The notes beneath the pieces are model-generated. The model ran no database searches. It saw nothing but the letters and a program-made list of their open reading frames with translations, and was not told the origin of the DNA. DNA of 64,000 nucleotides from Saccostrea echinata (taxonomy: Eukaryota), in the NCBI RefSeq assembly GCF_033153115.1, contig NW_026889782.1, forward strand, positions 25,730,001 through 25,794,000. Reading direction: 5' to 3'. Position 1 is the stretch's first letter. Every line of letters begins with the position of its first letter. The position numbers were made by a program, and so were the translations under genes. Shown here piece by piece: positions 22,552 to 34,412 of this stretch.

Positions 22552-24239
22552 ATTGATCCGCATGAGCTTTTTCTCTATATAAGAAGAATACGGAGACTCG
22601 CTATCCACCTGATGTATTTTGCTGGACATTTTTCTGTACGTTGCAGGTAAATTTTCCATCTTTTCACTTTCCAGCCTATTATTGTGAGGTACATTTTGGG
22701 GTTTGAAGTAATACTTATTGCATATCTTGATTTTTTAAAATTGACCTGAATTCCTCTTTTCTAGGCATAAAATTCAATAATGTAGCTTATGATTAGTACT
22801 GTTTAAGACTACAGAGACTGAACTTTAATTTGTTATCAAAAGGATAAACTTGCTCTGTCTAAATCAATTGTAAACAAACATAATAGGGGCACCTGCTATT
22901 TCTCTAAGTGCCTTTCACTGAGGGGTGGTAAAACTTCTTTGCACATACTTATTTAACAGGAGGGGTTAGATAAGAGTCAGTTAGTACATCAGAGTCTTAA
23001 ATTATTTACTTCTCATAAGCTTCAAAAAAATTCTGAATCACTCTTTTTAAAAACTTTCAATTTTGCTTAATTAGCCATGATTTATCAAATTTTGGAGCTT
23101 TTTTTCAAATTCTGGGTAGAATCCACCCTTATGAAAAAGTTGACACAAATGTGACTTTATATTATTAACATCAAAAAACAAAACCATGCAATTGTATAAA
23201 TATTATATTCATTACAGTCACAACTATATCCAGGTCTGACCACAGGAATGAAATTAACTCATTCCCTGGAACACTACTTGCAGCAGGGAGGTGTCATTAA
23301 TTAAGATGGTCACAGTTTCCAAGAAACTGAAGTGACAGGCCTCAATTTTCACACATAAACATTGGTAAGTATAAGGTCTTTGAAAATAACAAAATTGACT
23401 AATTCTGGGATAGGTCAATATGTAAGTATAGGAATGAGAGTACCAAATCCCCGGATGTACACGTGGTTTTGTTTGTTACACAAAGTAGTATAGAGTACTG
23501 AATAGTGTGTGTCACCCGATTGGCTGAATTCAGGTATGTACAATGTAATTATTTTCATTTTAAAGTAAAAATATTAATGTTTGAAATAAATGATGGAATG
23601 TAGGAATATTACAGAGAATATAGAAATACCAGGGGGGATTGTAGAAGTTGGGGTTGATATTTTTGGCAGAGTGTCATTTACTGCCAAACGCTATAAGTTG
23701 TAAACAATGCAATTTTGACTTATAAACGCCATAGGACCCTATATTTTTTTCAGGCTTTTTTATAGGCGCTTAGAATAAAGTTTCAAATGGTGCCAAGGAT
23801 TTGTCTGAAATTGAATTAGTAGAGTACTGAGAGGGCAAAAGGTTTGTATAGAGTTCTATGGGAAAATAATTGGTTCTCTTTTCCCTATATGATATTGGTC
23901 GGTCTTCTAGGTATCATGTTAATTTGTCTACCCACAGAATTGTTCGGTAATTGTCTCCCCCTATAAGTATTGTTAATCTTAAAATATTGTCCAAACCGTA
24001 TTGTTTTTGAAAATAAAAAAAATAATGTGCAAGTTAAATTTATTCAACTGAATCAGATTGATTTGTAGGTCCTAACTGTTAAGGGTATGAACTGTCTAGT
24101 AACCGTTAAATTTTATTAGCTAAGTTGTACAATAAACGTGATGATTGTTTACAATGTCGAAAGGAAAAAAATGTCATGTGTCAAAGACGATGAACCGGAT
24201 TTCATCAAGAAATTTAAACAGAGAGTAGGCTACAAGGAC

Positions 24240-26520
24240 AGCCTGCACTCGGGCATCCCCTGTGGGGATGGTAGTGTGTTACATGGTATGTCAAGGAAAG
24301 AGGGAAGGTTTGCCCAGCCCCAATTTAGCTCACCAGGGATGATGTCAAGTAATTCCCTTGGGTCCTCTATAGGTATCTTGTGTAAGTGTGGCTCACCTGA
24401 AAGCACTGTGGGTTGTACCCCACCTAAAGACTAGTATAGCGAGGTTCCCTTGAATCCAGGGTTAGAGCATCCATATTCTGTAGACCTTGTGTATTCAGTT
24501 AGCAGCCACCCTATCCTTGTGGGAGACACAGCTAACCTGGGGGGCCCTGCTACCATTGGTTATAGACCAAGCCGCTTGGGTGAGGTAAAGTACCCCACCC
24601 ACTTGACCCCACCCTTTCACCTCATACACCGTGTCAAAGTCAACAACTGGAGAGGCCTTTGAGGCCTGCACTGCTCACTTCCAAGTATGATCGTAGGCCT
24701 GTTTACCCTACAGGGCTTACCTGGGACCCAGTGTCTGTACAGATCCAGCCTAGACCTGCGGACTTTAGTGTGTCCTCTCTTCCTGGGGATGATTTGCAAC
24801 CCTGGAGCTCAATGCCACACACTATGTCTGCCACAGCCCCTGTTAATGTTGGAGCGTCCCCAGCGCTGGTTCAGTCAGAAGCAGATAGTAACCTAGTCTC
24901 TGGCCTTCAGATATTGGCATGACTGCTGTTAAACCCCAACCTGTATCATTATATGCTACTTTCAAAAGCACGCCTAACCATGCACCCTCATCTGCTGTCA
25001 ACCCTGGGGTGGGCAAGCCCAACCCTCACTGCCCGACGATGCCCAGTCTGTGTTGTACCGAGGCAAGAATACTCAAGCTACACCCCATGGTATGGCTATG
25101 CCCAGTGTATTACAGCACCATAGTGTTCCCGTATCAATAACTTGTGGCCCTGCCCATCTTGATACTCCTGCCTGCCATTTTAAAAGGGAGGGGGAGAGGA
25201 TAGCTCATGTACAGCCAAACTTGTATGGGGCAACTCAGCCAGGATACTATGCTAGTCAGTCAGTCCCGGTTAACCAGGCTCGCAACTTCAGTGCACCGAC
25301 ACATTATGGCTCACCAGGTTACCAGGGCACCACACAATACCCAGGTAGTGAAGCCACTGGGAGTAAGCCCCGGTATAAGGACCTTACGTATGATGGTAAG
25401 ACCAGCTGGAAGGCATTTTTGCACAAGTTCGTTAGGTTTTCTCGCAGCCAGCTGTGGACTGAGGAGGAGCAGCACGACCACTTCTGTTTTTCCCTTGAAG
25501 GGGCAGCAAGTGAGAATTATGCCTTGCTGTTAGAAACCAGTAGCCAGCTCCCCTGAGGTGAGATCTTGCAGAGATTTGAGAAGTGTTTTGGCTCCTCTGC
25601 CCCCCGATCTCACTTATCAACTTAACTTCCAGGCTGCCAATCAGAATCCGGGAGAGTCACTTCGTCAGTAGGTAGACAGGGTGCTGACCTTGGCAACGCG
25701 AGCCTTCCCTTGTGTGCCGGATGTACACACACACACACACCATACCTAGGCTGTGTTATGGAGCTGAGGACCAAGATACTGGCCTTTATGCACTTGACTG
25801 GCATCCCCGGACCATGGAGGAAGCCATGGATCAAATGCAATACTACCAGCACTACCGGCTACATAGGCCTAAAGCCAAGAAAGAGCTGCAGAAGTTGATC
25901 TCCGGTGATGACACTGAACAAGACGATCCCAGGACAGTAAATTCTGCGGCGGAGGAGCTGGAAGCTCTCCGGAGCAGAATGGAAAGATTGGAACAAGCCG
26001 TTCAGCAGAAAGGATTTCCCCCCTCCCAACACTCCAGAGGACTGGTACCCCACAACCAGATTGGCAGAGCGAGACCAGAAGCCTGCTGTGTATTTTAAGT
26101 GTGGAGAGGTGGGGCATTTCCATAGAGATTGCCCCACCCAAGCTGCTGGGAAGACAGAAGCTAATGATTGGCAGCGGGGTGGAGCCCAGATGAAGGGACC
26201 CCTTGGTGAGAGATTTTGTAGGCCAGAGTCCCAGGAGAGGGGACCAAGAAGTGGAAAGCCTGGATCCCAGAGAGGGCCCTCCCAGGTGGTTCGATTTATG
26301 ACGCTGGAACAGTCACCAGAGAGGACGGACTCAGAGAGTAAGGAGCAGGGGGCTAGTCTACCACCCTCCTGTATGCGGTGCAGGTCCAAGCAGCGCAGGC
26401 TAAGGGTGCGCTTTGAGACGCCGCAATTGCCAGAACTATTCTCAGCTGAGGACAAAGAGGCATCCTTGGATGAGGAAATGGGGAAGCCTATGGCCCCCAC
26501 TCCACTCCGGAGCCACTTGG
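24240..26520 (+). mobile_element. Degenerate Ty3/Gypsy-type gag fragment
   Basis: GC-richer block with YDGKTSWKAFLHKF...WTEEEQHDHFCFSLEGAA, PRTMEEAMDQM and zinc-knuckle remnant (Y)FKCGEVGHFHRDCP. Many stops and frameshifts; no pol or LTR seen. Confidence 0.8.
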
Positions 26521-26877
26521 ATCAGTTCAGGCCCCAATGTACCCCTGGTTGTCATGATTTGAACAAAATTGAACCTACACAACCTGAGGATGCTTCCATA
26601 TAAATTTTATAAGACCAGTCACAGCTTTGCTGTTTTTGAGAAGAAGAATTTTAAAGAATTTTCCTATGTTTTCCCTATGTAAAACTTTGATCACACAACT
26701 TGGCTCCATCCTATCCCTGGGGGTCATAATTTGAAGCAGAACAAATTAAAATCTACACTATCTGAGGATGTCTCCACTAAGTTCATCTTTCCTGGTCCAG
26801 TGATTCTTGAGAAGAACTTTTTTTTTAAAGAGACCATTAACTTTTCACTAATTTGTAATTATCTCCCTTTGGAAGAA

Positions 26878-26925
<48 letters not shown>

Positions 26926-27068
26926 ACTTTGTGACAAGTTTGGTTGAAATTGCCTAGAGGTTCTGGAGAAGAAGTCAAAAATGTGAAAAAATTTACATAC
27001 AGACAGACAAATGCCAGACAAATGTGATGAGAAAAGCTCACTTGAACCTTTGGCTCAGGTGAGCTAAA
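26520..27068 (+). mobile_element. 3' part of a Cg170-type Helentron (paralogous to 18770-19080)
   Basis: 166-bp-type units, acagacag tract and gctcaggtgagctaaaa end. Confidence 0.75.
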
Positions 27069-27664
27069 AAGTAATACTCAGACATTGACAAGTAAAATTG
27101 CCTAAGGAATTAAAAGAATCCATCCTGTTTCCTCAACTTACTGAAATAAGATATGTCAAACATTCAAAAACCTGAACAGGCTTCCAGGTTTTCTTTCAAT
27201 GGAGTCTGGTAAAGACCTGTGATAGTAGAAATGAGAGAGAATGATTGGATTAGGATTTTTTTTTATTATCCATTGTATTACATACAAAATCAAATTGAAT
27301 AAGCAGCAAAATTACAATGGATATATAGCACTCACACACCCATTCATACATCCATTTGCATGTTAAATTAATATGGAGGTTGCTTCATAGTAATCAGCTG
27401 ATCAACAATTGTTTCTATCATAAACTAAATAGCAAAAACCTGTCACATTATCTTCCATTGTTCAAAAATATTTTTCCACGAAATCCATTGTTCTTCAAAA
27501 CAAAACAGTTTTGAGTTGCTAATAGACATACATCTTTCAATATTGTGTTTCATTTTCATATAACTTAGTAACCCATACGGAAAAAGGGCAAAAAGGGACA
27601 ACAAATTACTAACAAACCACTGTGGTTTGAAAGTAGTTTAATAGTATAGCAAATCACATGCAAA

Positions 27665-27925
27665 TGAGCTAACAAACTACTACAACAAACCTTGAACAAA
27701 CCACATCAACTACTAACAAACCACATCAACAAACTACTAACAAACCACATCAACAAACTACTAACAAACCACATCAACAAACTACTAACAAACCACATCA
27801 ACAAACTACTAACAAATCACTCTAACAAACTACATGTACTAACAAACCACTCTAAGAAACTACTAAAAAATCATCTCAACAAACTACTAACAAACCATTC
27901 TAACGAACTACTAACAAATCACTGG
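27665..27925. repeat. 24-bp tandem repeat (ctaacaaaccacatcaacaaacta)n
   Basis: About 10 units visible. Gives a spurious LLTNHINK-repeat ORF. Confidence 0.85.
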
Positions 27926-28842
27926 TACCGAATCATCAACAAAACACTAAATTTGAATTTTCTTCACAAATCCACAAGTCTTTGAAAACACCTAAACACA
28001 GTCACATTTTGAAATGTTCAACGCTTCTTGTTTCAGAGTATTTTAAATTCCAGGATTGACAAGTTTAGTCAATGCAAGTGCAACATTCCAACATTAAACA
28101 CTAAGTTCCTTTAGTTTAGAATATGTAATTCTCACATCAATGACCACTTATTGTTTTCTCCAATCACATCTTCATAAAGTTTTTTTCACAAAAAAGATGT
28201 TTTTCATGTAATTGTATTTGGGCTGACATTTAAATATTCCCTGCTTCGTTTGGCCTGGAAAATGCTGCAATATATTCTTTTTTCTGATATTATTGCCACT
28301 CTGTAAGATCTTTTCTTGCCTAATTTACAAGTATATTCATCACTTAATCCAGTGCAAAACTTATCTAAGCTAGTAAAGGGATTATAAGTCAGTCTGAAAA
28401 TAAATAAAAAACCAATAAAAAAAAATACATATCCACATTCAGTGAAGTTTACTGTAGCCCTGCCTTATTTAAGGTAAAAAAAGAACTTAATGTTATGAAA
28501 TTAATACCTCAGACAATATATAAATACTGCATGTAGTTGAGTGTAACATTGAAAATTTTCACCCCTCGAAAACCATTGTCAACCGAGGCGCAGTCTTCTG
28601 TATCCAGATCCATTCTTTAGTATATTATTGCTGCTTTCTCCAATCAGGGACCTTATATATACTAACAATTTGTATGTCCCTTCACCAATTCCTGTTTCTG
28701 ACCTGTTGGTGGTTTGAAAATTGGTGCAGTCTATCTAAAGAGATAAGCTGTTCTTGGAAACTTTTACAACTTTAGATAATTCAACCCTAAACATGTCTGT
28801 AAAGTAATTTCCCATGTGGTTAGATGCAAATGCAATACTAAG

Positions 28843-29552
28843 ACAAGATGTGTTTGTGAAACACTGATTCCCCCGTAAGACAGCTTATGGTGAAGGTTAA
28901 AGTTTCTCAAATGCAAGTCAAAATCCAGGCCAAAAGACAGAAAAAAATGTTGGTACCCAAAGAAAAGGTCTTTTCTCGAGGAATATACCTGTGAAATTTG
29001 AAAGAACTAGCTCGCTCCAACAGTTCAAAAGTTATGGCGAAGGTTAAAGTTTTTTAAAAGTAAATAAAACGTCAAGGTCAAGATCAAAGTTGTTGGTATC
29101 CAAAGGAAGGTTTTGTCACAAGGATTTCATATATGAAGTATGATGCCCTAGTACCAATCATTCAAAAGTTATGGCCAAGGTTAAAGTTTTTCGAAAGTAG
29201 GTCAAACTCCTAGGTCAAGGTCAAAAGGTCAAAGTTGTTGGTATCCAAAGGAAGGTCATGTCACAAGAATTACATATGTGAAATATAAAAGCCCTGAAAT
29301 TTTTTTCAAGCCAATCCAAATAATTTTTGTCTTTGAACTGTTTATCTTTAAACCAGATATATGTGAAAATAAATCCTACGTATCAAGAGCAGCAAACAAA
29401 GATGTTGGTGAACCGTCAAGGGCAAGCGAGGTATCACCTGCATATTAAGAGATTTTGTGTTCTTTTTCATTTACTATTATACCTTTTATATCTCTGTTAA
29501 GTTCTTCAAAAGTAGGTGTAACTCCTAGGTCAAGGTCAAAGGGTCAAAGTTA
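28843..29552 (+). mobile_element. Helentron-like element with GGTCAAGGTCA-rich ~140-bp repeats
   Basis: acaagatgtgtttgtgaaacac 5' end and repeated ttcaaaagttatggc.aaggttaaagttttt...ggtcaaggtca units. Confidence 0.6.
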
Positions 29553-30057
29553 TTCAAAAATTACATTTTTCAAAATATTCATGTATATTTACTAGTGGTC
29601 TGCTAAGTTATTACTTATAATTAGTACAAAGAGACATCATTTTTGAATGGATTAAACTGATATATTTTCTTATATCTTTATTGCAGCTAGTAGGGAGTAA
29701 CCCTTTATGTTACAAGATCATTGATGTTTGGAATTTAATAGACAGTGAAATGATTCATCTATGTGAGAGACATGGATTTGATACACTAAGGAACAATAAC
29801 ATGAACAGGACAAAAGGAGTGAATGATTCAGAACTAATTAGGAACAGAACATTCCATCCTTCGTAAATTTGAATTCAGGGACTTTTATTCTAAAAGAATA
29901 TTTTGTAGTGATATGGGACATGTCATCATAGAAGTGACAAAAACTACATTTGTTTGTGAAACAAATTAATTTACCAGGATTTTTCAATTAATTGTGTTTA
30001 ATATAAATAAAAAGGTTACAGGAATTCATATTGTTGAACTAAAATAATTGAATAGCC

Positions 30058-30337
30058 GATCATTTGGAACGTAGGACCAACGTTGGTCCAACATTATTCT
30101 TAGTTTTAAAAAACATTGAACTAACATTGGGCCAACAGGAAGTTGTACATTGGGCCATTGTTGGGCCAATGCCAAATAACCAACCGTCGAATGTTGGCCC
30201 AACGTCGAACCAACCTGTTGGTTGAACGTTGGGCCGATGAGCAAGATGACGTTGGGCCAACGCATAAAACTGACAGAGGGCCAACGCAATTTTCACCGTT
30301 GGGCTTGCGTTGGCCCAACGTAAGCTTGCTATCTGGG
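30058..30337. mobile_element. Fragment of a non-autonomous element with GTTGGGCCAAC short repeats, abutting the truncated LINE
   Basis: Repeated palindromic ttgggccaa motifs, ending ttgctatctggg. Confidence 0.6.
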
Positions 30338-30342
30338 CTGGA

Positions 30343-31990
30343 TAAAACCCAGATTGATTTTTTGATAACAATTCGTAGTCTTTTATATAATTGTACTTAT
30401 ACTTGAAAAGTATTCTCTCCATTACTTTACAGACAGAACTAGTAAAAGAAATGGGCCTATAATTATTAGTATTGTCGGGCTTCCTTTGTTTTTAAAGACT
30501 GGGGAAACATGTGCTTGTTTCCATATATAAGGTAGACATTTTTTACTGAGTGACATGTTGAAGAGTTTTGTTAATGGTTTATAAATAGAGAATCATGTTT
30601 CTTTTAGAATTCGTGGGGATAATCCGTCTGGCGGTTTAGAGGTATCTAAGATTTCTAATTGATCAAGAACGTCCTGATCGGTCATTTCAAAACCATCAAA
30701 GCAATTAATTGGTGGACCGGGTCCATGTACAGGAAGATCTGGCTCGGTGTTTATGTGTGAAATATGTACAAAATAAGTATTAAATTTTCTGCTTTATCAA
30801 TTGGTTGAATAAGTATTCTGCCATCACTGGATTTCAGAGGAGGAGGGGAGGTATTCTGTTTTTTAAGTCTTGAGACAGATTTAGCAATACACCACTATTT
30901 GCACGGGGGAATAGTCTTATCGATAAGTTGAGAGGCCAGTTTTACTTTATAAACATTTCGAGCTTTTCGTACTAATTTGACAACCTAGTTACGAGTTTCT
31001 CTAAATTTTTGCCAGTGATGAGGATTATCTGTTTGTTTAGCTTCATGGTGTATTCTCTTTCTTTTCCTCATTTTTCTACGAATTGTATTTGTAATAAAAG
31101 ATCTGTCAGAAGGTCGAACAGTAATGTCTTTGGTAGGGATATACTTGTCAACTAAGTTCATTAATTTTAAATCAAAATTATTATTCAATTCATTAATATT
31201 CTCACAATAGAACACATCCTCATCCCATTTAACTTGTTTTAAGTCGTCGTTCAAGCTTTGGTAATCAGCTAAATTATAGTTTCGTATGATATGTTTATAT
31301 GTCTTTATTTGTATGTACATTAAATGATAAATTAATTATAACTGGAGAATGAGAGCTGCATATGGGTGCATTAACATTGACCAAATCTATACAGGTTCCT
31401 GTATTTGAAGTGAAATTGGTTGGTTCAGTTACGACATTACTGATGTTCGGCCTTTGTAAAAGATGCTTAAAGATATTATTACCAGAGGCTAACATATTTA
31501 CACTAAAATCTCCGGTCAAAAAGATATTGACATTTCAGCATCTAAAGCTTTTTCCATGGTATTTCAAAACTTATTCCAATATTCAGAATTTGAATGAGGA
31601 GGTCTGTAGATTACTCCTACTAAAAACTTTTGTTTCTGAGTACAAATCTCAACCCAAAATACTTCAATATTAGGATCAATTATATCATTTCTCAAAATGT
31701 AAGTTAACTTATTGGATACATATAAAGGTACACCCCCTCCAAGTCTATTTTTGTCTTTTCTAATTGGAGCATGAAAACCATTTATAAAGATTTCTTCATT
31801 ACTAATATTGTCGTCTAAATGTGTCTCAGGTATTGCTATTATATCATTTTCTGTCAGCTCTGCACCAATAAGATCAATCTTTGACAACAAACTACAGACA
31901 TTGTTATGCACAATAGTGATATAAGAGAAGACTGATGGACCTGGATTTCTTTCGAAACATCCACATAGTAGCAGCAGTTTCATGACAACT
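30343..31990 (-). mobile_element. CR1-like LINE ORF2 fragment (degenerate 2A, APE, start of RT)
   Basis: LLLLCGCFERNPGP, HNNVCSL, ETHL, GGGV, YRPP, GDF, EPT, IDLV, HSPV, WQKFRETRN, then RPISFTSSVCKVMERILF...LLSKNQSGF. Multiple frameshifts. Confidence 0.88.
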
Positions 31991-32189
31991 AAGTTAAAAT
32001 GATGATTATTAAAAGGATGCAGCTAAGTATTCTAAGAGAAGGGGAAAAAAAATGATTTTCGACTGTCATATTCATGTTGCTTGATCGTATCATGATAAAT
32101 AATACACATAAACATGATCCACTTTTGTAGATCTGGATCTAACTCTCACACACAAACACACAAAACAAAACTGAAAAGAGTATACGTAT

Positions 32190-32800
32190 ATGCTCTTTGT
32201 TAAGAGCGTCGCGATGCTTATAATTTTGAGGTATTTACATGTACATGTATATGAATGTCGTCTTTCTATATATACACCTGTTGTAAGCATCGCGAAGCTA
32301 ATTAGTTTGTAGGTATTTATATGAATGTCGTCTCTCTATATATACTCCTTTTATTAGCATGGCGATGCTAATTAGTTTTGGGCATTTCATGCATTAAGAT
32401 GTGCCATTTTTAGAATGATATCCCTCCAAAATCTCCAAGCCCATTTTTTTTTATGATGACCCCCCCCCCCCCTCAAAGAAACCCTTTTCCCAAGAATTCT
32501 TCCCTTTATGGAGCTTGTACAATGTAATCTTGATATTTTGAAACGTCGTCTCTCTATATATACTCCTGTTATAAGCATGGCGATGCTAATTATAAGTTTT
32601 GAGGTATTTATATGAATGTCGTCTCTGTATATATACTCCTATCATTCAATTTATCAATTACATTTTTTTTCTCTTCATTTTATTTTCAACAATTCAAAAT
32701 CATTAAATTTTGATTTATAAACAATTTTCAACGCTTCGGACGTAACGTAAAAAAAAAAAAACGTCAAAAAATTTTTAGCACTGCGATGCTAATAAGAAGA
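32190..32800. repeat. Interspersed/tandem repeat with agcatcgcgatgcta + gtcgtctctctatatatactcc units
   Basis: 4-5 imperfect ~70-bp units. Confidence 0.55.
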
Positions 32801-34067
32801 TAATGCCAAGACATCCATTAATTGATTTTGAGATTTCTTCAATTTTGTTGAAAAGAAACTTGAAAAAAGCAATCATTTAACCAAAATCAGAAAAAAATAG
32901 CAAATCATTAGAATACATAAGGTTACATAATCTTCATTTTGATGTTTGAAAACCTCATAATTGGTGGTGATGTGATGAAATATGAAAAAAAAAATAACGA
33001 CTGTGAGTGGTATTCCTAAGACATATACGCCAACTTTTTTATGTGCACTGTATTGCATTAGGATCAATCTGTTTTTAAGCATATGTTTCATGTATGTAAC
33101 ATAATTTGTTTAGTCTGAACAAGAAATAAAAAAACAGATATGTCAAAATTCTTCAAACATATTTTTTCAACGTATCAAATATCATAGTGTAAATGTTGAA
33201 TTAACAGGGTGGCAGTAAGTACAAAATTTACAATATGTCAGACAGCTTTCAGTTGTGAATTGCAACCCGGTAAATTCAAAATTAACAATAAGAATTAAAA
33301 TGAATTTGGGCTGATTTTATCGAATCCTTCCCTAATTATTTCATTCTCGATGTGGACCCTGCTTTCACTCCAAACTTTCCTCCACTGACATAGATCTCCT
33401 TCTGAAATGTAGCAGAAGCAGACCATTTGTTTCTCTCCGTTGCACACTTTGCATAGATATTTTGTTGCATTGCATTTGCTATATGTGTGTGCGGACCTTG
33501 CCATGTGAGACTTGATGCATACTCCATCTTCCAGGTAGGTCCTCATTAAAGAAAAATATTTTTAAAATAATAATAGATATTGTATATTAATTGTTCTGTT
33601 TTCTCTGAAGATTAAAAAGGTTATCTGAAAAAGGTAAATAAACAAACAAAAACCATAATAATTATTTGCCACTCTTGCTTGAAATAGAGAAAAATAATAA
33701 TTATGATTTTTAAAAATACTGATGCAAAACCAGGCTCTTATAACTTGTCTTGCATTTACGGATTAACTACATACTTAGTAATGAAAAAAGAAACAAATAT
33801 AGTTGGTAAAGAAAATAATCATGTAAAACATGAAGACAAAGTGAAATTAAAACGATGAATAATTACAAAAAAATAAACATTTTTAAATTAGTGAAAAAAG
33901 TAAAAAAAAAAAATACAGCGTCTACATGTACATGTAATAGGGAGATAAATGTTCAAAAGTCTTTCGATCATGTTTCGGTTTTAAATAAAAGGTGAATCTG
34001 CTGTGATATATGCACAACAAGCGCCTAATAAAACCTAAATCAAATGACACTTGAATATATTTGATCA

Positions 34068-34412
34068 GGCCCAGCTTAAAAGATTCTTTGTTTGCAGTTA
34101 CAGATCTATACGTTTTAGAGTCTGTCGGTAGGAAGGTATGTTTTTTTAATTTTAAATTGATTTCAGTTTTTGTTTGATAACAAATCATGGGGATTTTAGT
34201 AGGGTTTCTAACTTAAATAACATCCACTTATTTTAATCTACTAACTGATAAAAAAAAATCAAACATAGAAAATGAAACAGCTTCAATATACTGAAAACTA
34301 AAATCTTTCCAAATAAATCTTTAAAAAAAAATTGGCTGAAAAAAGTTTGGGTAGGGTGCATTTAAAGTGGGTCGGTAGGCAACAGCAAACAAACCTATTT
34401 TTATTTTAGGCC
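34068..34412. mobile_element. Zator-like MITE (GGCC termini, 3-bp TSD TCA)
   Basis: TCA|ggcccagcttaaaagattctttgtttgc ... gcaaacaaacctatttttattttaggcc|TCA. Confidence 0.65.

Larger units (their letters stand above)
23896..27260 (+). pseudogene. Partial tandem duplicate of the promoter, KIAA1143 exon 1 and the 3' end of intron 1
   Basis: 23896-24238 aligns to 16170-16536 (VKDDEPDFIKKFKQRVGYK). ~26760-27260 aligns to ~18775-19260, including unique sequence beyond the Helentron end. No exon 2 or 3. Confidence 0.8.

Noticed and set aside
25859-26500. 213-aa minus-strand ORF
   Set aside because: Antisense shadow of the GC-rich gag fragment.
27692-27985. LLTNHINK-repeat ORF
   Set aside because: Product of a 24-bp tandem repeat lacking stops in one frame.
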